The notes beneath the pieces were generated by a model. It ran no database searches. It was not told the origin of the DNA and worked only from the letters and a program-made list of their open reading frames with translations. Shown here piece after piece: positions 56,249 to 64,000 of a DNA stretch of 64,000 nucleotides. Position numbers and translations under genes: made by a program. This DNA comes from Thermoplasmata archaeon (lineage in GTDB: Archaea > Thermoplasmatota > SW-10-69-26 > JACQPN01 > JAJPHT01). Each line of letters opens with the position of its first letter. Position 1 is the first letter of the stretch. The stretch spans positions 32,488 to 96,487 of the forward strand of contig JAXDQU010000124.1 in assembly GCA_034667685.1 (NCBI GenBank), read 5' to 3'.

Positions 56249-59248
56249 TTGAACCCGAGGCTCTGGTGGGCGCTGGGCGCGTTCGCGCTCGCCCTCGCCC
56301 TCCTGGCGCCCGCCCTGGCGCCGCTCCCCGCGAGCATGGACCAGTTCGCGGGCGACCTGGCGAACGGCACGTTCCGCCCGTTCGGGCCGCCCCCGGGCAC
56401 GGGGCTCGGGCCGGGCAACGCAGGCTCGCTGGGCGGGCTCTCCGGGCTCTCGACGGGCAACTTCGTCCCGGGGGCCGGCGAGGTGCCGCCCAGCTGGGAG
56501 ATGGACCGCAACCCGCTCTCGGGCAACGTCGTCATCGACTACGTCTGCAACCCGAGCCCGGGCGCCATGCAGCGCTTGAAGGCGTACGACATGCTCGGGT
56601 CGGACGCGCGGACGCTCCAGGTCGCCGACGCGCGCCTGCACACGCTCGGCGCGCAGCGCGGCCTCCCGTATGATAGCACGGTCTCGTGCAGCTTCCCGGT
56701 GCAGCTCGCCGCGAACGTGCCGGTGCCCATCTACAGCGTGGCGCCCGAGGGGTACGCGCTTCCCTCGTACACGACGGACCCGCCGCTGCCGGGCGGCCTG
56801 GCGTTCCTCAAGGACGGCGCGGACACGGTGTACGTCCTCGCCAGCGAGACGAAGCGCGTCACGCTCAACGTCACGTACCTCGTGGACAGCGACTACTTCG
56901 CCTTCCAGCCCAACGCGCGCTGGCGCGCCTCCGACTACCCCGCGGGCCTCGTGCCGGCGCTGCCTTCGGGCGTGGCGGACGCGGCGAAGATCGTCCTCGC
57001 GCGCGCGGGCGTGAGCGATGCGACGCAGGTGGGTCCCACGCTGGAGGCGTTGAACGCCTACTTCCGTGGCTTCACCGACGGCCCGATCCCGGGGCCCGAC
57101 GAGGTGGAGAGCCTCTACCTGGCGCTCGCGCTCTCGGGGCACGGCTGCTGTCGGCACCGCGCGTTCGCGTACATGGTCACGGCGCAGGCCGCCGGCATCC
57201 CGACGCGCGTCGTCGTCAACGAGGCGCACGCGTTCCCGGAGGTGCTCTTCCCGGACGGCACGTGGCACCAGGTGAACCTGGGCGGGTGCGGCACGTACTC
57301 GCTCAACAATCCGAACAACTATCCTTCGCTCTTCGACCAGGCGGCCGATCCGCGCCAGCAGGCGAACCCGGACCAGGGGCGGCCGCAGACGGTCGTCGGG
57401 ACGTTCACGAACATCACCGACGCGCCGGCGCGCATGGTCAAGGGCGACACGTACTTCGTGAACGGCACGGTGGAGGCGAGCAACGGGCGCCCGGTGGCTG
57501 GCGCGCCCGTGGACCTCTACCTGAACGCGACGAAGACCACGCGCGGCAAGCTCATGACGTCGGGGCAGAGCGATGCGAACGGGCGCTTCGCGATCCAGGC
57601 GCGGGTGCCCGGCGACGTGCCGGCGCAGGGCTATCAATTGGTGGCGAGCGCGGGGACGGTCTCGGCGGGTCCGTTGCGCTACGAGGCGTCGTGGAGCGAT
57701 CCAGCCGTGGACGTGTTCACGCCGACGCGCATCGTGCTGGCCAAGTCCACCGCCGCGGCGGGCTTCCCCGCGAACGCGACTGGCCGCCTCGTGGACGTGG
57801 ACGGCAACCCCGTCGGGCCCGCGCGGATCGACTGGACCTTGCAAGGCGTGGCGCTCGATCCGGTGCAGGCGGACGCGAGCGGCCTCTTCACGGCGCGCTT
57901 CCTCGCCAACGGCACCGGCAACGTCACGCTATCGTTCTCCTACGCGGGGGACGCGCACCACGGCCCCACCACCGCCAGCGAGAGCGTGCCGGTCGACCGC
58001 GGCACGGTGCTCCTTCCCGCGCAGGCGCCCGAGCTCTTGCGCGGGCAGCGCGGCTTCCTCTCGGGCACGGTCGCGATCCAGGGCGCGCAGCTGGGCGGCC
58101 GCCAGGTCGCGGTCTACCTCTCGCTCTCGAACCTGACGGGCGCGGCGCTCGCGCGCGCGGCGCCCGACGCCACCGGCGCGACGGACGCGGGCGGGCACTT
58201 CGTCGCCTCCTTCGACGTCCCGCCCCGCGCGGCGCCGGGCGTCTACAACGCCATCTACGTCGTGCGCGACCTCAACGTCACCGCGACCGGGCTCGCGCAG
58301 ATCCTCGTGAAGCCCACGCTCGCGATCGACGTCCCCGCGCGCATCGGGCCCGCGCAGGCGTGGACCGCGCTCGCCACCGTCGCGTCGGACGACGGCTCGC
58401 CCATCGCGGGCGGGATCGTGGAGCTCCGCTTCGACCGCAACGCGAGCGCGGCGCGCACGCTCCTGACCAATGCGAGCGGCGTGGCGCGCTTCGAGATGGG
58501 CGGCGGCGCGCTGCCCGCGGGCGACCACCAGGTCTCGCTCGTCTTCGCCGGCGACCGCGTCACCGCCACCGCGACGCAGGACGCGACGCTCCGCGTGCTC
58601 CCGCCCTTCTGGGCGCTGATCCCGCCGTGGGCGTGGCTGGCGCTCCTCGCGGTCCTGCTGGTGGCCGGGCTCGTCGCGCTGCTGCTGCGGCCCCAGGGCG
58701 CGTTCCGCCGCGTCGTGCTCCGCCCGCGCTGGCGCGTCGAGCTGTCGTGGCCCGGCTTCGAGCCGGGCATGGCGCCGATGGCCGAGCCGGGCGGCGCGTT
58801 GCGCGTGCGGGCGCGCCTCCTCGACGCGCAGGGGCGCGAGCGCCGCGCGCGCTTCCTCGTGCAGACGGCCGGGCAGCGCGTGCGCACGCGCGACGAGGCC
58901 ACGCTCGACGCGCCGCAGGAAGAAGGCGCGCTCGCCCTCGACGTGCGGCCCGGCGGGCGCGGGCGCTGGCTCGCGGCGCCGGCCCACGCGCGCGTGCCCG
59001 TCGCGACGTACCGCCGCGCGGTGGAGGACGGCTTCGTCGCGCTCCGCGCCCGGGCGGGGCTCGACCCGAGCGCCACGCCAGACGAGCTCGTCGAAGCGCT
59101 CGCCCCGCGCGCGCCGCGCGAGAGCCTCGTGGCCGCCGCGCGCCTCTTCGAGCTGGCCGACTTCAGCGAGGTGGGCGTGGACCGCGCGTTCTACGACGCG
59201 TTCGCCGCCGCGCGCCGCGACGTCGAGGAGGCGATCGCGCGTGGCTGA
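56249..59248 (+). CDS. Secreted, membrane-anchored transglutaminase-like protein with Ig-like repeats and a DUF4129-like C-terminus
   Basis: GCCRHRA...GIPTR...NEAHAFPEV...W..VNLGG; TTG start; TM in the C-terminal quarter. Confidence 0.85.
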   Translation: MNPRLWWALGAFALALALLAPALAPLPASMDQFAGDLANGTFRPFGPPPGTGLGPGNAGSLGGLSGLSTGNFVPGAGEVPPSWEMDRNPLSGNVVIDYVCNPSPGAMQRLKAYDMLGSDARTLQVADARLHTLGAQRGLPYDSTVSCSFPVQLAANVPVPIYSVAPEGYALPSYTTDPPLPGGLAFLKDGADTVYVLASETKRVTLNVTYLVDSDYFAFQPNARWRASDYPAGLVPALPSGVADAAKIVLARAGVSDATQVGPTLEALNAYFRGFTDGPIPGPDEVESLYLALALSGHGCCRHRAFAYMVTAQAAGIPTRVVVNEAHAFPEVLFPDGTWHQVNLGGCGTYSLNNPNNYPSLFDQAADPRQQANPDQGRPQTVVGTFTNITDAPARMVKGDTYFVNGTVEASNGRPVAGAPVDLYLNATKTTRGKLMTSGQSDANGRFAIQARVPGDVPAQGYQLVASAGTVSAGPLRYEASWSDPAVDVFTPTRIVLAKSTAAAGFPANATGRLVDVDGNPVGPARIDWTLQGVALDPVQADASGLFTARFLANGTGNVTLSFSYAGDAHHGPTTASESVPVDRGTVLLPAQAPELLRGQRGFLSGTVAIQGAQLGGRQVAVYLSLSNLTGAALARAAPDATGATDAGGHFVASFDVPPRAAPGVYNAIYVVRDLNVTATGLAQILVKPTLAIDVPARIGPAQAWTALATVASDDGSPIAGGIVELRFDRNASAARTLLTNASGVARFEMGGGALPAGDHQVSLVFAGDRVTATATQDATLRVLPPFWALIPPWAWLALLAVLLVAGLVALLLRPQGAFRRVVLRPRWRVELSWPGFEPGMAPMAEPGGALRVRARLLDAQGRERRARFLVQTAGQRVRTRDEATLDAPQEEGALALDVRPGGRGRWLAAPAHARVPVATYRRAVEDGFVALRARAGLDPSATPDELVEALAPRAPRESLVAAARLFELADFSEVGVDRAFYDAFAAARRDVEEAIARG

Positions 59249-60284
59249 GGAGGAGCAGACCACGGCCGACCGTGTCGGCCTGTCGGCGTCGCCACGAGAT
59301 GGCGACGCCGAGCCCGGCGCGGTCGACGCGTGGGCCGCCGCCGTCGCCGGTCCCGCCTTCGCCGGCGCGGTCGAGGTGTTCCGCGGCGCGACGTTCGTGC
59401 CCGCGGGCGTCTTCGACGGCGTGGCCGCCGCGCTCGTGGCGTTCGGCCTCTCGCTCCTCCTCCACCGGCGCTTCGGCGGCACGGCCGCGACGCTCCTGCG
59501 CGGCGCGGGGCTCGTCGTCTCGGCGCTCCTGATGACCGCGAGCCTCACCGCGCCGTGGGACCGCGCCGCGCCCCCGTTGGCGCTCCTCCTGGCCGGCGGC
59601 GCGCTGCTGCAAGCGGGCGCGCGTCCCAAAGCAAGCGCCGCGTGGACGTGGGCCGGCGGCGCCGTGCTCGCGGCCGCGGTCGCCATCGGCCTCTTCGTCG
59701 CGCCCGACTTCCCCGAGCCCACGCGCCTGCGCCTGACGCTCGTGCTGGGCGCGATCGCGGCCGCGGGCCTGCTCGCCGCGCGCCGGTGGCTCCTGGCGAA
59801 CGGGCATGAGGCGCTCGCTCCGAGCCCGGCGGGCCTGCTCGCGGGCGCCGCCGTGGGCGCGACGTACCTGGGTTACCGCGAGCTGGTCGCGCAGCGCGTG
59901 GGCAACCTTCCGCTCTACGAGTGGAGCCTCGGCGTGCTGCTCTCGCTGCTGCTGCTCTCGCGCCTGCGCCGCGGCGCCCGCGAGGACGAGACGCCCGAGG
60001 CGTGGACGAGCGAGGCGCGCCGGCACGCTCAAGCGCCGATCCCGCTGTACGACGCGCGCATGGGGCCGCTGGCCGCGGCGCTCGCGCGCTACCTGGAGAC
60101 GGGAGAAGGGTTCGAGCAGTACCGCGCCGCGCTGGGGCCGAGCCCGCGCCTCGACGCGATCCTTCCCGCGCCCATCGTGCCCCACAAGCGCGGCCGCGCA
60201 GCGCGCAGGGAGGCCTACCAGCAGCGCCTCGCCGCCCACAGGGCCGCCCTTGAAGCCGTGACGCCCCCCATCCGGAGCCGCTGA
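59241..60284 (+). CDS. Polytopic membrane protein
   Basis: Multiple TMs, within the TGase-MoxR-DUF58 operon. Confidence 0.75.
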   Translation: MAEEEQTTADRVGLSASPRDGDAEPGAVDAWAAAVAGPAFAGAVEVFRGATFVPAGVFDGVAAALVAFGLSLLLHRRFGGTAATLLRGAGLVVSALLMTASLTAPWDRAAPPLALLLAGGALLQAGARPKASAAWTWAGGAVLAAAVAIGLFVAPDFPEPTRLRLTLVLGAIAAAGLLAARRWLLANGHEALAPSPAGLLAGAAVGATYLGYRELVAQRVGNLPLYEWSLGVLLSLLLLSRLRRGAREDETPEAWTSEARRHAQAPIPLYDARMGPLAAALARYLETGEGFEQYRAALGPSPRLDAILPAPIVPHKRGRAARREAYQQRLAAHRAALEAVTPPIRSR

Positions 60285-60285
60285 C

Positions 60286-61287
60286 ATGGACGCACCCGTC
60301 CCCGCCACCACGCCCCACCCGTCCTGCGCGCGCATCCTCGACGGCGTCGCCGCGACGTTCGTGGGCGACCGGATCCTCCTGCGCAAGATGCTCGCGGGCG
60401 CGCTCGCCAACGGCCACATCCTCTTCGAGGATCACCCGGGCCTGGGCAAGACGCTGCTCGTGAAGGCGTTCGCGCGCGCCATCGGGTGCGAGAGCCGCCG
60501 CGTCCAGTTCACGCCCGACCTTCTCCCCGGCGACATCCTGGGCACGCACGTCTGGAGCAGCAAGGACGAGCGCTTCGCCCTCGCGCGCGGCCCCGTGTTC
60601 ACCAACATCCTCCTCGCGGACGAGATCAACCGCGCCCCTCCCAAGACACAGAGCGCCCTGCTCGAAGCGATGGAGGAGCGCCAGGTCACGATCGAAGGCG
60701 AGACGCACCAGCTTCCCACGCCGTTCTTCGTGCTCGCCACGCAGAACCCCCTGGAGCAGGAGGGCACGTACCCGCTGCCCGAGGCGCAGCTCGACCGCTT
60801 CATCCTCCGGCTCACGACGGGCTATCCCAAGGACGTCGAGAGCGAGACGGAGATCCTGCGCCGGCGCCTCGCGTGGAAGAAGGACGACCCGACGAAGGAG
60901 CTCAAGCCCGTCGTGGACGGCGAGGGCTTCCGCCGCATGCAGGAGGAGGTCGAGGACAAGGTGTACGTCCACCCCGCGCTCCTGGTCTACATCAGCAAGC
61001 TCGTGCGCGGCGTCCGCGAGCACCCGCACGTGAGCGCCGGCCCCTCCCCGCGCGGCGCGCTCTCGCTCCTGCGCCTCAGCCGCGCCAACGCCTACGTCTC
61101 GGGGCGCAACTTCGTGACGCCCGACGACGTGAAGATCTACGTGGAGGACGCGCTGGCCCACCGCCTGCTGCTCGACGTCGAGCGCGCGCTGGAAGGCCGC
61201 GAGGAGCGCGCCGTGGTGCGCGAGGTGCTCGACAAGACGGAGGCGCCGCTGCGCTTCGGCTCGGCCGAGGCGCCCAAGCGCGGGTGA
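60286..61287 (+). CDS. MoxR family AAA+ ATPase
   Basis: HILFEDHPGLGKT, DEINRAPPKTQSALLEAM and YPLPEAQLDRF. Confidence 0.95.
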   Translation: MDAPVPATTPHPSCARILDGVAATFVGDRILLRKMLAGALANGHILFEDHPGLGKTLLVKAFARAIGCESRRVQFTPDLLPGDILGTHVWSSKDERFALARGPVFTNILLADEINRAPPKTQSALLEAMEERQVTIEGETHQLPTPFFVLATQNPLEQEGTYPLPEAQLDRFILRLTTGYPKDVESETEILRRRLAWKKDDPTKELKPVVDGEGFRRMQEEVEDKVYVHPALLVYISKLVRGVREHPHVSAGPSPRGALSLLRLSRANAYVSGRNFVTPDDVKIYVEDALAHRLLLDVERALEGREERAVVREVLDKTEAPLRFGSAEAPKRG

Positions 61288-61290
61288 GCG

Positions 61291-62598
61291 ATGGCGCTCT
61301 TCAGCCGCGCCGGCGTCGCGCTCGCCACCGCCGGGCTCGGGCTCCTGGGACTGGGCATGTCCGTGGGCAACCTGTCGCTCCTGATCCTGAGCGCGTTCCC
61401 GCTCTCGCTCCTGGCGTGGTCGCTGGCGACGCGCCCCGCCGGTGATATCACGGGCCAGCGCGCCCTCTCCACGGCCGCGCCGCGCCGGGGCGAGCGCGTC
61501 GAGATGACGATCCGCACGGAGACGCCGCGGGCCGGCGACATCATCGAGGTCCACGCGCCGCTCCCCGAGAGCGCGTCGCTGGAGGGCGCCGACACGAACC
61601 TCGCGGCGCACCACGGCGCGGGCGCGCGCGGGCTCGTCGTGGGCTTCCGCGTCCACAAGCGCGGCCCCGTGATGCTGCCCGCCGTCACCGCCGAGCGCAT
61701 CGACGCGCTGGGCCTCCTCGCGCCGCGCGTGGGCGAGGTCGCGCCGCCGCTGGCGATGCGCGTGGCGCCGCGGGGCTATCCCAGCGAGAGACTCCGGCGC
61801 AAGGGCGCCATGGCGCTGCGCGTGCAGCCGACCCGGCTGGGCATCGGGAGCGCGGACTTCCGCGAGCTGCGCGACTACGCGTGGGGCGACCCGCCCAAGA
61901 GCATCCACTGGCGCGCGACGGCCCGCAGGCTCTCGGCGGCCGCGGGCCGCGGCGGGGCCGCGGCCGCTCCGATCGTCAAGGAGTACGACAAGGAGGGCCG
62001 GCGCGCCGCGCTCGTGCTCCTGGACGGGGGCGAGTCGCTGCGCATCGGCACGTCGCTGGAGAGCGGGCTCGACCACGCGGTCGAGGCCGCGCTGGCCGCG
62101 TGCCGCCTGCTCCTCGCCGCGGGCGTGCGCGTGGGCGCCGCGACGTACCACGCCAAGGGCGCGACGCCGGAGCCGCCCGAGTCCGGCGCGGGGCAGATGC
62201 CGCAGCTCGAGCGTGCGCTCTCGCCGGGCGAGCCCGACCCGGCCGCGGGCCCGGCGCGCGCCCTGCAGCAGCTCACGCCGCACCTGCGCGGCATGCGTCC
62301 GGTCGTCGTCGTGGTCACGCGCGTCACGCCCGCCAACGCGCAGGGGCTCGCCGAGCTCGCGGGCCAGATGCGCGTGCTGCTGCGCGAGCGCGCCAAGCGC
62401 CTCCCGCTGGTCGTGCTCGACGTGCGCGCGCTGTCGCTCGTGCCTTCGCGCGGCGAGGCGTGGGACGCGGCGGCCGCGCTGGTCGCCCGCGAGGATGGCG
62501 AGGCCGCGCGGCGCGTCGAAGGGCTGGGCGCGCGCGTCCTCCCCTGGAAGCCGGGCGACGACGTGCATGCGCTCCTGGCGCGGGAGGGGATCGCATGA
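61291..62598 (+). CDS. DUF58 (vWA-like) domain protein
   Basis: DFRELRDYAWGDP.K.IHWRATAR...VKEY. Confidence 0.9.
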   Translation: MALFSRAGVALATAGLGLLGLGMSVGNLSLLILSAFPLSLLAWSLATRPAGDITGQRALSTAAPRRGERVEMTIRTETPRAGDIIEVHAPLPESASLEGADTNLAAHHGAGARGLVVGFRVHKRGPVMLPAVTAERIDALGLLAPRVGEVAPPLAMRVAPRGYPSERLRRKGAMALRVQPTRLGIGSADFRELRDYAWGDPPKSIHWRATARRLSAAAGRGGAAAAPIVKEYDKEGRRAALVLLDGGESLRIGTSLESGLDHAVEAALAACRLLLAAGVRVGAATYHAKGATPEPPESGAGQMPQLERALSPGEPDPAAGPARALQQLTPHLRGMRPVVVVVTRVTPANAQGLAELAGQMRVLLRERAKRLPLVVLDVRALSLVPSRGEAWDAAAALVAREDGEAARRVEGLGARVLPWKPGDDVHALLAREGIA

Positions 62599-63236
62599 AC
62601 AAGCTCGTGGTGCGCGTCCCCCTGCTCGCGGCGCTCGTCGTGCTGCTCGACCTGCTCGCGCTCCGGTCGAGCCTGCTGCGTCTCGTGCCCGCCGACCTCG
62701 CGGCCCCACCGTGGGCGTTCGCGCTCTTCGGTGGGCTCGCGCTGCTCCTCCTGCCGGCGCTGCTCATGCGCGGCTCGCCGCTCCCGGCCGCCGTCGCCAT
62801 CGCGCTCCCCGTCGTGACGCTGGCGGACTACGGCGAGAACAAGCTCGACTGGTTGCGCACGCTCAAGGACTTCGGCGTCGTCGAGGGCGCCGGTCCCTCG
62901 CTGCCGCGCCTCGCGCTGGCGCTCGCGGTCCTCGCGCTCCTCTGGGCGCTGCACGCGGGCGACTTCGCGTGGCGCCTGCGCGAGCGTGCCCTGGCGCGCG
63001 GCATCCGGCCCGACGAGGCGAACGGCGCCGCCCTCGCCTCGCTCCTCCGCAGCGCCGCCGCCGGCGGATTCGCCCTCGCCGTCACGCTCGCGGTGGGCGC
63101 GCTCGTGCTCGGCGCCGCGGCGCTGGGCGACCTCGGCTTGGGCAGCGCGGCGTTCATCGTGCCGCTTGCGGCGACCGCGCTCGTGGGGATCGCGGGCTAT
63201 CTCCTGGTGAAGGGGATGCGAAGCCCTGGGAACTAA
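62595..63236 (+). CDS. Membrane protein
   Basis: About six hydrophobic segments; ATGA overlap. Confidence 0.75.
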   Translation: MNKLVVRVPLLAALVVLLDLLALRSSLLRLVPADLAAPPWAFALFGGLALLLLPALLMRGSPLPAAVAIALPVVTLADYGENKLDWLRTLKDFGVVEGAGPSLPRLALALAVLALLWALHAGDFAWRLRERALARGIRPDEANGAALASLLRSAAAGGFALAVTLAVGALVLGAAALGDLGLGSAAFIVPLAATALVGIAGYLLVKGMRSPGN

Positions 63237-63247
63237 GGCTGTTGGAT

Positions 63248-63322
63248 GGCGCTCCCTTCCCGACACCGAGAATCCCGGAATCCGCGGATGACTCGGATGC
63301 GCGGTGTTAGGGAAGGAGCGCC
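63248..63322. repeat. Imperfect hairpin between convergent genes with 8-nt internal periodicity
   Basis: GGCGCTCCCTTCCCGACACCG pairs imperfectly with CGGTGTTAGGGAAGGAGCGCC. Confidence 0.65.
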
Positions 63323-63352
63323 GCGAAGACCGGAGCAGGCGAAGGCTGAGCC

Positions 63353-63916
63353 TCAGCGGACGAGCGAGAGGAGATCGGCCTTCGACACGATGCCCACGAC
63401 CTTGCCGCGCTCCATCACCAGGATGGCGTCCTGGTCTTCGAGCAAGCGGTAGGCCTGCTCGACGCTCATCTCGGGGCCCGCCATGGGGAGCGGCGCGGCC
63501 ATGAGGTCCTGCACGGGGGTGCGGGCGAGCGCGTCGGCGTCGGTCGTCTCGGAGAGCGCGTGCACGATGGCGCGGTCGGAGAGGCTGCCCACCGCGACGC
63601 CCTTCGCGAGGACGGGAAGCTGGCTGATCCCCTTCTCGCGCATGACGCGGATCGCGGCGCTCACGGAGTCGCTCGCGCGCACGGTGGCGACGGGGCTTGT
63701 CATCACCTCGCCCAGGAGGATGCCCTTGCCTTCGGCCTTGTTGAGCGCCTCCAGGATCGCGTTGAACGTGGAGCAGCGCGGGTCCACCGTGCCGTTCTCG
63801 ATGCGCGCGATGAGCGGCTGGCTGACGCCCGCCTCCTTCGCGAGCTGCGCCTGCGTGAGGCCGAGCTTCTTGCGCATCGCGCGCACCTCCGCGGGGTGCG
63901 GCATGTGGAGCGGCAT
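63353..63916 (-). CDS. XRE-type HTH + CBS-pair transcriptional regulator
   Basis: RKKLGLTQAQLAKEAGVSQPLIARIE.G..DP, then two CBS domains. Confidence 0.92.
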   Translation of the reverse strand: MPLHMPHPAEVRAMRKKLGLTQAQLAKEAGVSQPLIARIENGTVDPRCSTFNAILEALNKAEGKGILLGEVMTSPVATVRASDSVSAAIRVMREKGISQLPVLAKGVAVGSLSDRAIVHALSETTDADALARTPVQDLMAAPLPMAGPEMSVEQAYRLLEDQDAILVMERGKVVGIVSKADLLSLVR

Positions 63917-63966
63917 CGTGATGACGACGCGACCGGGGGGCGATAACCATTGCGCATCGCGTCCCT

Positions 63967-64000
63967 CGAAGGGAAGACGGGAAGCGAGGGAAGAAGGGAA
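63967..64000. repeat. Purine-rich repeat arm matching the left inverted repeat of the four-helix-bundle cassette (truncated by the window end)
   Basis: CGAAGGGAAGACGGGAAG at 63967-63984 is identical to 43474-43491. Confidence 0.75.

Noticed and set aside
87-61450. TGATATCA/TGCTATCA as promoter elements or as a local regulator's operator
   Set aside because: Most copies are deep inside coding regions of unrelated genes and are not positioned relative to starts. They are reported as a genome-scale motif instead.

Overview
This window comes from a high-GC archaeal chromosome (roughly 70-75% GC by eye). Thermosome, fibrillarin/Nop5, membrane-type LonB, archaeal thiolase and an OapA-like GTPase, together with a non-acidic proteome, suggest a Thermoplasmatota-like lineage (inference). 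It holds about 60 CDSs and one tRNA-Phe(GAA). Housekeeping genes include sua5, a cysteine desulfurase, pyrD, Hsp20, thiolase and the thermosome. There are also two MoxR-DUF58 clusters, an ABC-2 exporter, a Tad/type IV pilus ATPase with two platform proteins, and many secreted proteins. Five signals stand out. (1) An AT-rich palindromic octamer, TG(A/C)TA(T/G)CA, occurs about 20 times exactly and many more times with one mismatch, mostly inside genes and using rare codons. (2) A four-helix-bundle (23S-IVS/Avd-like) gene sits inside a perfect 43-bp inverted repeat, and several 'empty' intergenic hairpins are built the same way from short tandem repeats. (3) A LonB homolog has lost both catalytic residues and lies in an operon of surface beta-propeller proteins. 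(4) Two aspartate-less receiver proteins flank a ferritin-like/encapsulin-A-domain-like fusion. (5) Fibrillarin and Nop5 carry RGG-like tails. No CRISPR array, integrase or transposase was seen. All calls are by eye, and start codons are best estimates.
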